A stretch of 64,000 bases of DNA from Takakia lepidozioides (Eukaryota; Plantae; Bryophyta), in contig CM060732.1 of NCBI GenBank assembly GCA_030704615.1, positions 82,026,001 to 82,090,000 of the forward strand. Reading direction: 5' to 3'. A model generated the notes under the pieces. That model was not told the origin of the DNA, did not search any database, and worked only from the letters and a program-made list of their open reading frames with translations. The translations under genes were made by a program, and so were the position numbers. This document shows, piece by piece, positions 52,128-63,064 of the stretch (within the stretch, counting starts at the first letter, position 1; every line of letters begins with the position of its first letter).

Positions 52128-54954
52128 TTGGTGGAGCTCTCTGGTGGAGAGTATGCTTCAGCCACAGTGATGCCAGCTAAGAAGGATGTCTATAGCAATT
52201 GGACGGAGAGACGTATGTGCGGTGATTACCGGCCTGTAAATCGTCAGACCAAGTCCGATAGGTATGTCATGCCAACACCAGAGGAGATCTTCGATGCCAT
52301 TGGGCATTCCAAGGTCTTTAGCACGTTGGATTTACGATCCGGATATCACCAGTTGCCGATCAAGGAGGCGGATAAGCAAAAGACGGCATTCTGGGGGATC
52401 AATGAGCACGGGAAGGATTGCCTATATCAGTGGCGGTTCTTACCATTTGGGCTTAAAAACGCTCCCGCTGAGTTTCAAAGAGTCATGGACAGGATTCTAG
52501 CAGGGGTGGAGTTTGCTCGGTGCTACATAGATGACATCATCATCTTTAGTGCTACGGTGGAGGAGCATGAGAGACACCTTCAGGGGGTATTTGAGCGCTT
52601 TAGGACGCACGGATTGAAGTTACATCCGGGCAACTGCAAGTTTTTCCACAACCAGATTGAGTATCTGGGTCACATGATATATCCTGGAGGATTGGGGGTA
52701 CAGCAGACTAAGGTAGAGTCCATTGCACAGGTTCCACGCCCCACGGATGTGAGCCGAGTTCGAGCTTTCATGGGGTTAGCAAACTATTACAGACGGTTTG
52801 TTAAGGGATTCAGTGCCATTGCAAAGGCTCTAACCAAGCTGACCAAGGTGGACCAGGAGTGGCAGTGGGAAGATGAGCAAGAACAAGCTTTTCAAGAGCT
52901 CAAGGCGAGGTTGACCTCGGCGCCCATCTTGAGACGACCTATAAGGGGGCGTCCTTTTCAGCTGCATACAGATTGGAGTATGCTGGGGCTTGGAGCGGTG
53001 CTCACACAGGTGGATGATGAGGGAAGAGAGTTCGTAGTGGCTTATGCTAGTCGCTCGAACAATGCTGCAGAGTCTAAGTATAGCTCATATGAGGGAGAAT
53101 GCTTAGCTGCAATGTGGGCCGTGGCACACTTCAGGTGCTATCTATATGGCAATCTCTTCACCCTTGTCACGGATCACCAACCACTCAAGTGGTTGATGGA
53201 GTCAGACAAGCTTACGGGGAAGCTTGCACGGTGGGCACTCATCCTTCAAGAGTATGACTTTCAGGTGGTGCATCGACCGGGTTTGGTCAATCGCAATGCA
53301 GATGGGTTGAGTCGCAATCCATGCACGAACCAACAGGATGACACTGGAGCTCGGTGGCATGGTGAGACGGACAAGGAGATGGTGCCCGGATGGCATGCAT
53401 CTCTGTGTATCTTGGCAGCGAAAGGCCAGGTTGGACCTGCAACAGGGATGACTATAGATCAAGTGTCTGAGGACCCTGAGGCCAGCAATGAGCAAGGTGG
53501 TGCTAAAGATATACATGAGGATTCAGTTGTGTTGGATTACCTCCGCACTGGAGACACGGCAGCCACTGTGACTGCCAAGAAGAGGGATCGGATCCTACAA
53601 CGAGCCAAGAGGTTCAAGTGGGAGGGGACACACCTGCTCCGAGTGTGGGAGGATGGTCAAGTGAGGATTGTGCCTCGCCCAACACAGCGGGCACGGTTAG
53701 TGCGCCATGCCCATGAGGAGTTGGGGCATTTTGGGGTGCGACGCACTCATAGTCTACTGCAGGGGCAGTATTGGTGGCGTGGTATGCACACAGAGGTGCA
53801 ACAATTTGTGGCTAGGTGCATGGTGTGTGACAGGGTGCGTGCTTCATTCAACGCCCCTACTCCACAATTGCACCCTCTTCCGATCATGGGATTGGGCTAC
53901 AGGTGGAGTCTTGACTTCGCAGGGCCGTTGTCACTGACCATGTGCCACAACAAGTACGTGTTGGTGATGGTGGAGCACTTCTCCAAGTGGATTGAATTGG
54001 TTCCATTGCCTGATAAGGCTAGTGAGGGAGCTGCGTATGCATTCTTGGATTGTGTGCTTAGCCGATTCGGTGCTCCAGCTGAGGTACTCACGGACCAAGG
54101 GAGAGAGTTCTTGGGGGGAGTTTCAGGCGTTGTGTGACAAGGCCTTGATAGACCACCGCACCACTTCTCGGGATCATCCTGAGGCCAATGGCTTGGCAGA
54201 GAGAGTTGTTCAGACAGTAAAGAGGGGTTTGCGCAAGTATGGCTTGCAGAAGGGACACCTAGGAGATTGGGACCTTCAGTTACCCTGGTTAGCCATGGGC
54301 TACAGGTTCAGCAAGCAAGCATCACTTGCCTCCTTCTCGCCATACTTTCTTCTCTTTGGCCGAGAGCCGGATTTGCCTACATCCATTCGCAGAGAAGCTA
54401 CTACAGTTCTTAACCTTGACGATCCGGACGTGTTGGCACGTGCATGTGAGCAGCGTGCAGAGTTGTTCAAGAGAGTCATGCCCATGGCTTTCGAGAACCT
54501 TGCCATTGCACAACACCGTGATACGTTGAGGTATGCTACCATACGTGGTGGGGGCTATCGTCCTGGGGTTCGGAGATTCAACCCTGGTGACTATGTCTAT
54601 CTGCAGCAGACTGCTCCTACGACCCTGGATGTGACTGCAGGATGTGTTATTCTGAGGGTTCGAGAGATCTTGCCCTCAGGCGTCTTGGTCTTGGAGGGTC
54701 GGGATGGCATAACTTGGAAGGACCATGTGCGTAATTGTGCGCCATGTCACCTTCCGAATGTCGATGGCAGGATTGACCCAAACCTGGCAGTGGTATCTGC
54801 AGGTTTGAGGTGCATGTTGTGTGGGTCTGCTAAAGGAGTAGCCACCATGCTGGTGTGTGATCGATGCTCTAGAGGTTGGCATATGGGATGCTTGACTCCA
54901 CCTCTTGAGATGGTTCCGGATGGGGATTGGTTATGTCCACATTGCATTGGATAG
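52128..54954 (+). mobile_element. Ty3/gypsy pol (RT-RNase H-integrase-PHD finger), 5'-truncated (no gag/protease), one frameshift at about 54113-54119
   Basis: RMCGDYR, LDLRSGYHQ, LPFGLKNAP, YIDDII (RT); LHTDWS, VTDHQPL (RNase H); HEELGH...CMVC, SLDF, TDQGREF, NGLAER (integrase); then CMLC...CDRC...H..C...WLCPHC (C4HC3). Confidence 0.93.
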
Positions 54955-55203
54955 TGGGAGTGGATACAACCATGGAAGGCTAACAAGAAACGCAAGGCCC
55001 AGCTACTAGGAGACCTTGAACACACGAGGTCCTGGCTCAAGTTCACAGATTGCAAGACGGCGACTAACGATGGGGCTACTCTTGTACCCGGCCTCTTGGT
55101 CTATAGGGTTTGAGTGCAATAGGGACAGTGATAGAGGACTTAGTATGGCTGTGGCTATTACATCTTGTAGCTATCTGGAGTTAGAGGGACCTATCCACCA
55201 GCT

Positions 55204-55736
55204 AGGGGGGCGATTGTGGCAGACTACTTTATTGTGCATATATGTGTGGTGTGGTTTGGACAGCGATGTAGTTGTGTAGCAATACGTATGCGCACGACAG
55301 CTGTCAAGTTAAATAAGCACAGTGTGAAACTAGCTAGAATAAAGCTAGTTATTTGTATTTAACACTTGGATTTAGGTCAAGTGTTAAATCAGGTGTCAAG
55401 TTTAGTTTGACACCTGACCCGTCTTATCTTCACGAGAGCGGCAGTCGCGCGGCTCATCTCTCTCAAGTTGAGCCTGCGTGACCGAGCTCCTGCATCGTTT
55501 AGGACTGAGTGTGCTTATGATGGGAGTGTAGGTTGTTGTGGGGTGGAGTCCCCATAGCTTGGGGTGCCCCTGGCTCGACTTCTGTTTTAAAGAGTGATGG
55601 TTTTGGTTGTCATGTTTTGTGTCAACAGTGTGTACTTAGCTTTTCTATCATTGTGGCAGACTACTTTATTGTGCATATATGTGTGGTGTGGTTTGGACAA
55701 CGATGTAGTTGTGTAGCGATACGTATGCGCACGACA
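55204..55736 (+). mobile_element. Polypurine tract and 3' LTR (55215-55736, TG...CA) of the PHD-gypsy element
   Basis: AGGGGGG followed by CGAT and then TGTGGC. The segment ends in CGACA, and its first and last 85 bp are direct repeats. Confidence 0.75.
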
Positions 55737-56319
55737 ACTCTACGAGCTTCATCTTTTGGTATTTCACTCATTAGATTATCTCTAATCAGCATTACGTCTT
55801 TCATTTAGCGCCCCTTTCCCTAGCTGGCCCAGCTCCTACCTCTCCTTTGCGCCTTGGGAATTCTTCTTATTCCCCATCCAAACACAATTTGTAGAATGAA
55901 TAGGGTTTGTGGTACAATTTAGCTTGTAAAGTATGTTTATATACTATCTTGATAAACTTATTTTCCTCAATACTACTCATAAACACTATTTGGGATATAC
56001 TCCTTCAATATACAACTCAAGCACACTCCCCACTTAGGCTCATAAGACCTCACATCACATTCCCGCACTTCAAAATAGTGACCCTCACCGAATTTTGTCA
56101 CACTCCTGCACTATCTATAGAGAATGACATTCTCCCGCACAACCACAAGATCCGCTGCCCCTAACAACAACTCCCAGGTCAAATGGACTGGGAGTCTCTT
56201 CTTGCTACCGTCTCGGCCCGCCCGTCCATCGTTGCGACCCAAGGTGCAACAGGTCTCACCCTCTCTTCCACCCCCAACCTTTGCTGTTCCATCCGCTCAA
56301 GGCAGATCGCGCACACGAA

Positions 56320-56700
56320 AATGAAACAAATTTCATAGATAATGAAGAATGACAATTATGTCGCAGTTACTTGGCCATCTCTCACCCTCCTTGCACAGGC
56401 AGCGGGCAAAAATCGGCAGCCTTTTGGGAGCGAGTAACTGCACATTACAATTCACAAATTCCTCATGGTTGCACTGCAAGGCCTGCACGATCATTGGAGG
56501 TGAAATGGGGCCACATCAAGCACGATGTGAGCAAGTTCTCGGGTGTGTATCAGCGAGTTCTTACCGTGCGTGAGTCTGGCTCAGCTAGTGCAGATGATAA
56601 TTTGTGAAGGGCTTTAGAGCTTTATCAAGTGAAGAATCTTGATAGACCAGATTTCATGTACACACAATACTGGATGGTGTTACGAGATGTCCCCGATTGA
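56320..56700 (+). pseudogene. Decayed PIF/Harbinger-type Myb/SANT-like (NAM-associated) ORF
   Basis: QLCRSYLAIS..P.TGSGQKSAAFWERV...RSLEVKWGHIKHDVSKFSGVY...F...YWMVLRDVP, interrupted by in-frame stops. Confidence 0.7.
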
Positions 56701-57840
56701 ACGGAAGAAGGAGGGTCATCCTAGAACTTGTTCTTTTCCGACATCAATGAGCTGCTGAGTGAGTCTGTGTGGCCCGACTTTGCTGCACGTCGTCTACAAA
56801 CTTAACCAAGATGAGGCTCGAAAGTCTGGCAAGGTCACTGGGTAAGTCAATTCCTCATCTGCAAATCATTTTGAAGGGGGACCAGATGACCAATCCCCTG
56901 CCTTATATTATTTGTTGAGAAGCTCTCAGGTTGCACCAGATTTGGCTGGTCATAGCCAAAGCCTTGAAGAATTGGGGGTGATGGAGCAAACTGTAAAAAT
57001 TCGATTTTGGGATTTGTAATTCTTTGATGCAGCATCTTTTTGCCCCCCCCCCTTTTTGGGTGTATGGCACTGTAATTGAAACACATGGGACATTGTGGCA
57101 GAGACAGAGTTATGGTTTGTGTTCTTTTTCTCTGCCGTGAGCATGCACTCAATATCCTCCCCACTTGTATTAGTTGATAGACATAGATGCCGCATTGTCT
57201 TGTTCAGTGGAAAACATGTTAGGGGTGGATGCTTGTGGCTGCATGAATTTGGACAGTGAGGGATCAAACTATGATGATTCGGATTCTAATTTCATCCGGA
57301 TCAGGAGGAAATAAGAGCTAATCCTACTTCTCCTATAGAGCCTAATCTATGGAAAATTTGCGTGGATATTGGCTGCCTAGCCATGAACTTGGTTTGTACT
57401 TCTTGCCAAAAATTTAGTTGAAATGGGATGCGCAGACATGTTTAGGGATGACATGTGGAGGGCAGCTAGGTCATGAGCTCAGCCCCATGAGCCTGGGAGC
57501 TGGGCTCACGTTTAGCACAGTAAGCGTGAGCCTAGGCTCACGCTTCATAAGCATGAGCCCAGGGTCTAGGATGTATTAGAAACGGCACCTATTCCCAACA
57601 CTACCTTCAACTACACAGCGCAATAAGAGAATCCAAGAGCACTTTTGGGAAACGAACGACAGCACAATCCATGCCTATGCAATGATAGAATATCACTATG
57701 TATTATATGAGTTGCATAGAACCGGCACATGAGTAAGTGATTGAATGAAGACATGTACTGAGGCACCACTATGTTATTGCTTCATTGTTACTCAATTTCC
57801 GCGCATAATATGAAATGCAGATAAGCAGTATTTCTACTAC

Positions 57841-58180
57841 TTAACCGGTCTCGGACTTGTCACGTTGCAGAAGAGTATGGACTTCATCAGGTGATAGTGT
57901 GGCCTGGTGAATGTACTGGTCTCTTTTGGGGTCACGACTTACAATACATCCTGCGCACAAAAATGTAGTACAGGTGCTTGCAAAGAACACACTTCCTCTT
58001 CTTTCCCAGGCTGCCGTCACGCATGCAAATGAAATTCGGGCAAGTGCAGTCCGGACAGGTGCCAATTGTAACCTGATACGCCTTATCTTGAAGAAGCGAA
58101 CCGGAAGTGACCATTGTCTACACACGACCAAATCCAGGGGGGGGGGCTTCCATGATAGATGTCACCCAAGCCTGCAACAT
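57841..58180 (-). pseudogene. SWIM zinc-finger ORF fragment, copy 1 (MULE-associated by inference)
   Basis: YQVTIGTCPDCTCPNF...CKHLYYIF...DPKRDQYIHQATLS (CxC...CxH), with a stop and a frameshift. Confidence 0.7.
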
Positions 58181-58403
58181 CAACAACGCTACCGCGTGAA
58201 CGTGGCGCGTGAGCGTGTGAGCGTACGCTCACACAACGATGACATGGCGTGAGCCTACGCTCATGCAGCTGACGTGACATGAGCCTGGTCGAGGTCATGC
58301 CACATCACCACAAAGAAGGTGGGCCTATAACCGTGGGGCCCCCAACTGTTGATTTCACCACATGAAGGTGAAACGGATGAAGGGTTTCGGGCTTTCCCGC
58401 AGT

Positions 58404-58614
58404 TCAACCTTCTGTTAACAAACGTTGTGTTAACACGAGGTTGTTTTCCTGGAACAAAAATCAACATCGTGTCAACACGAGGTTGATATGAAGTTCTCCG
58501 AATCAACCTCGTGTTGACACGATGTTGTTTTCTTAGAACTAAAATCAACCTTGTTTCGACACAAGGGGGATTTGGAGAACTTCAAGTGAACCTCGTGTTA
58601 ACACAAGGTTGATT
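58404..58614. repeat. Array of five 24-bp palindromes (consensus CAACCTCGTGTTAACACGAGGTTG) at an exact 42-bp period
   Basis: Units start at about 58420, 58462, 58504, 58546 and 58588. Confidence 0.85.
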
Positions 58615-58803
58615 TGATCATCTGTCTATCTGAAGGTAGTTTCTTGTGTAACAAAATGACAAACCAATGCGACAAATGAATTGACCCACGCATAGCAAAG
58701 ATGTTAGACAACATACATTGAGAGACACTGGACTTGAACAGTCATTCCATTACAAGTAGTAGTCAAGGAAAACACATATTTCTTCATGTCAAGTGCATGC
58801 TTT

Positions 58804-59527
58804 CTATGGGCTTGTATCCCGCTGTAGAAGTGTGTTGACTTCGTTGAAACTCATAGTGGCTTGGTGAATGAAGAAGTCGCGCTTTGGATCACAAACCATC
58901 CTTCTCAAGAAGACGAAGTAAAGATGTTTGCACGGTATGAACTTCCTTCTCTTTCCCAAACTACTTGAAAGCATACCAACAAAATCAGGATAGGTACAAT
59001 TGGGAAAATTGGAAACAGTGATGTCGTACGTCTTGTCCTGCAGCGCAAATGTGGATGAGATCATGGTGAAGACCCGACCATATCCTGGATTAGGCACTTC
59101 CATTGTTCCCGCAACACGAGCGTGAAGCATTCTCGCGGACTCGATTTTGCCGTAGTATTATGCGGTTGGAGGGAATCGTCGAACCAGCTTCCCATTCCGT
59201 CTGGTTGGCCACAAGTGAGCGTCAAGCGGAGGTACTCGTGAACTGTACTTGAAGCACCTTCACGTGCAATGGAATGTCTGGCTAGGGAGAAACCCGCCTC
59301 TTCCAGCATTGCGATCGCTTGGTGAGTGAGACCTGTGCCCATCTTCACAGGCCACACGGTTGGTGGAGTAGGCTTCCTCACCACGGAGGGCCTCACTGTC
59401 CCACGCACACATCTCCCGCAATCGTCAGCGCAGAACCAGAACTTGTGGTTCTTTGCCTCTCCTTGTTCGTAAGGGAGAAACAAACCAGTGAATGTATGAG
59501 CTGCAGTGCGTTCTTTCGCTCCGGATA
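58804..59527 (-). pseudogene. SWIM zinc-finger ORF, copy 2, cut at its 5' side by an LTR
   Basis: FWFCADDCGRCVRG...WPVKMGT..., a frameshift, then YDITVSNFPNCTYPDF...PCKHLYFVF...DPKRDFFIHQATMS; clearly paralogous to copy 1. Confidence 0.7.
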
Positions 59528-61135
59528 TGTCGCGCACCTCACTTCGGTAAGCTCCCCTTCAAGTCATAGTTACTCGCTTTGATGCGCGCGCCTGACTCCC
59601 AACCTAGCCGCCCGGGCCAACTTGGAGCTTCGGCTGCTCACCGGGACATAATGGTCCCCCTTCGCTTCCCACTAAACCCTCCACCTATTTGGGACTAGGA
59701 GAATTCCCTTTGGTAGATGGCAGTCCGGAACAGCTCCCCACTCTTTGGTCGCTTTCCGGCTCGCTCGCTTACTCACTAGTTTTTGGTCACCAACGGTCTT
59801 GCACCGTTCTCGGGGTTACTACTCCCTATATATACTTCTGTAGCTGTCCGCGGGGGTTTCACAACCAGCCATGCCATTTTATGGCGAACCACCACGAAAA
59901 CCCTCGACTCCCGGTGATGAGTCGCGGTGAGTCTTGGCCCGCTCACCACGGCCCCTATGGACCGTGATGAGTCCCAAGACTCCCCACGACTCCCACCACG
60001 AGGTCTCCGCCCCCATGGTGAGTCCTATGCCACCCCCACTAAGTCCCGCTAAGCTACCACCACCCCTTGTGGAGCCACCCCCACCGCAACCCGGTGTGCG
60101 GGGCTCCACCTAGTGAGCGCCTCCGCTTCCCTGAGTGCCTTGGGCACTCAAGGGTGCTTCAACCCCCCATACCTATCGCTGCCGCTGCCCCCACCACAGG
60201 GGCAGCCCCTCATGTGTCCCGACCCCTGCCCTCAAGGCAAAGGGCCGCGACACACACCCCTACCAACAGGGAGTCGATGTCCTCATCGACTTGTCCATTT
60301 TGTAGAAACGAACATCCAAGTTGTGGCGTCCCACATCAAGGAGTTTGTTTCCGTACCATGGCGTCCCATGGCAAAGAACCAAACCCCACACTTGACTCTA
60401 CTCTCCACTAGCTAGTTCGGCCGACTTCCTCCAAGTCCCGGCCAAGGGTGGAGCCTCTCCAGCTCCTCCCAGTGCACTCTTCTTGGCCTACTTCAAGGCC
60501 AAGGAACGATCCTCCCCGAGGATCGAATCGCCTTACTGCAACAACATTGCTTGCGACCGCTCATGATTCCGCTTTTGGCATCACCTTGAGCAAGGGTTCA
60601 CCTGGAACCCTCTTTGACTAGGAAGATAACCTTGAACAAACCGTGCGCCCCAATCACTACAATTGGGTCCGCCTTGGAATGCTGGCCTGAGGTACGGGAA
60701 CACGCCGAAGCCGCACTACGGCTTCGTCCCGAGGCTACACGATTATAGTACGTGAACGGAAGCACGTAGCTTCCGCGTTAACCCGCACTACAAGGCAACC
60801 CCCTCGGTAGCGCAGTTATAGTACGCGCATGCGCCAGGTGCGCACTAGCACGTGAACTCCCAAAGAAGGCGCAAGTTTCCTTGCCCCTTGGATGGGGGTC
60901 ACCCGATTTCGGCACTACGCAAACACACGATTAACCCAATTTACCTCTCCCACTTTTGTAAGCTAGCATGCATTCTACACACTAGCCAACCACACCATGC
61001 ATCACCATTCCAAACAAAATAGGACGCACAGAATTTGGAACCCATTTCCTTTATAACAAATTTTTGTACAATACAAGTTTTTGCAATCGGATTCCTAAGC
61101 TAGCTAAGCCGGGCTAAGCATGAATTTCCTCCCCC
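59528..61135 (-). mobile_element. Putative 3' LTR (about 1.6 kb) and PPT of the chromovirus
   Basis: Minus-strand PPT GGGGGAGGAA (about 61135-61126) follows the chromodomain stop. The segment ends in ...GCGCGACA at 59528, exactly where the SWIM ORF is interrupted. The LTR 5' dinucleotide is degenerate. Confidence 0.55.
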
Positions 61136-61158
61136 ACGCTCCAAGGTTGATGTCCCTA

Positions 61159-61990
61159 TCAACGCTTCTTCCGCTTTTTAGGTCGCCATTTGAAAGCTGC
61201 AACCGCCTCGGATGCGTTTCCCATTTCTGAGGCACGCACCCAAGATGCCTCCACAAGATGATAGCCCTTCCATTTGACGAGATACTCCGTTTCTCGGTTC
61301 TTGAACCTCCTCGACTTAAGTATTGCCTCCACCTCGTACTCAAGTTCATTTTCATGATCCAACAGCATAGGTGGCGGACGCAACACTTGATGCCGATTCG
61401 GGCGCGCTTCATCTTTGAAGTAAGGCTTCAAAAAGGAGACATGGCACCTTGCTGTTTGCCGGCAGCTCCAATTCATACACATCCTCATTCATTACCTTCC
61501 GAATGCGAAAAGGTCCCGCATACGGAGGTACAAACTTCGGACTCACTTCCGGAGGTAGTCGGAAATTCTTGATGTTCAACCAGACCTCCGTGCCTGCCTC
61601 AAACTTCACTTCCCTCCGCTTCCGATTCGCCTGCCTTTCATACCATTTCCTAGCTTTGGCAATGTTGTACTTTGCGAGCTTCAACAAATGCTCGCGTTCT
61701 TCCAGTACCGCCGCTACTGCCGGTTCCTCAACGTCCTAGGCGGCCCAACTTGTCGGCACCAGAGGTGCTTTTCCATAGACCAATACGAAAGGGGAAACTC
61801 CTGTTGCGGAGTGTTCTGTGTTATTATAACAGAACTCTGCCGCGTCTAAGTGTTCCACCCAGTCTGTTTGGTCTGCCGACACGTAATTCCGCAAGATCTG
61901 CTTCACTACGGAATTCACTCTTTCTGTTTGGCCGTCGGTCGTAGGTCGGAAGGCGGTGCTTATCTTCAGCCTCGTCCCCATCTTCACAAG
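61159..61990 (-). mobile_element. Chromovirus (Ty3/gypsy) integrase C-terminal part + chromodomain, degraded
   Basis: STAFRPTTDGQTERVN, AEFCYNN..HSATGVSPF, PYAGPFRI (GPY/F), HVSFLKPY, and YEVEAILKSR...YLVKWKGY...ASWV (chromodomain). Confidence 0.9.
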
Positions 61991-63064
61991 CAATAAAAGT
62001 TGTTAGCGACCACACATTTGACCAGTGGCTACACAAAGCAACCTTCTGGAGCCAGGTAAGATCTGCTATGCGGATTTGTTTGTCAAATGCACTCATGAGG
62101 TTCATCCTTTGATTGTTCATCTCGAATCTCATAATGTCCTCAAGCCCAGTTGCAGACCTTTGCTCTTCTGTGTGGGAAGCATAGTACTTTGCTTTCGCCT
62201 TCAAACCAGTTTCTGCTATTTCTTGCTGCATACATTACAGGGAAAAAGAATCAAACACTGGCGTTTCTTGATAAAATTTACACTAGCAACAAACAAACAG
62301 ATGTCAACAAGCTTACCATGTACATGTAGTCAAGAAAAGCCTCCCTTGTCAGGCTGTACCATGTGCTTGTCTTCTTTTCAGTACACCTCTTCATCTGCTG
62401 AGGACTGAGCACGTTCGTGAATGACTCCAGTGGCATCAGCCCTATCTTCTGGATACGGAATAGTGTGTGGCAGAGATTGGTCGTCACATGGGAGGTTTCA
62501 TTGGACCTGGAAAAACCTTCAACTCATAAGATGATTTCAAATTGTGGAAACGCAGACCGGAACGGGAATAATGTTGGTAACTTACTTGTTTATGTCGTGC
62601 ATGGCTATCAAGAGCTGCGTGACACGTCATTTGTGGTCGAGTACCATGGAAACCACGCTCCAGTGCCATTTGATCTCGTCCGAGTGCAAGCTTGAAATGT
62701 AATCCATCTAGGCAAGCAGTCTATGGTTCCCATCCCAGACAAAAAACATCTTTCCCATAAACGCTTTTGTGGAGGCCTTTTTGGACAGCTTGAACTCGAA
62801 CTTCCTGTTTACATCCCGCCAGCATGCATCCCAACTTTGCTCTATGTCCTCTGTTACAAGACACTCATCTCTTTTCGTGTTCACAGTGGATACATAGAAT
62901 ACTGCAGATCCCTTGATATAGCCGTGAACAAAATCGTTCTTCAACTTCGTGATGTTGTTCCTCAATGCGGGTCGAACCACGGGCATGGAGATCATCCTGC
63001 ATAGTGGGATAACCAGGTTTCCGCTGAGAACCTCCATCGACAGAATCACCTTCGAGGAGTTCAC
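61991..63064 (-). pseudogene. Spliced ParB/Srx-like domain gene remnant. Exons from at least 63064 to 62586, 62506-62317, 62225 to about 61991
   Basis: IPLCRM..MPVVRP...F.HGY...FYVS...FFVWDGNHRLLA*; two phase-consistent GT-AG introns (79 and 91 bp) and two premature stops. The family call rests on the DGNHR motif and its context. Confidence 0.6.

Noticed and set aside
54113-54119. Programmed frameshift in gypsy integrase
   Set aside because: A single extra G in a G6 run inside the catalytic core is more simply a mutation or a homopolymer sequencing error.
58404-58614. CRISPR array
   Set aside because: Eukaryotic context, no cas genes, and the 18-bp spacers are repeats of each other rather than unique.
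61824-62231. ParB-integrase fusion ORF
   Set aside because: The ORF crosses the junction out of frame with the integrase, so it is a rearrangement artefact.
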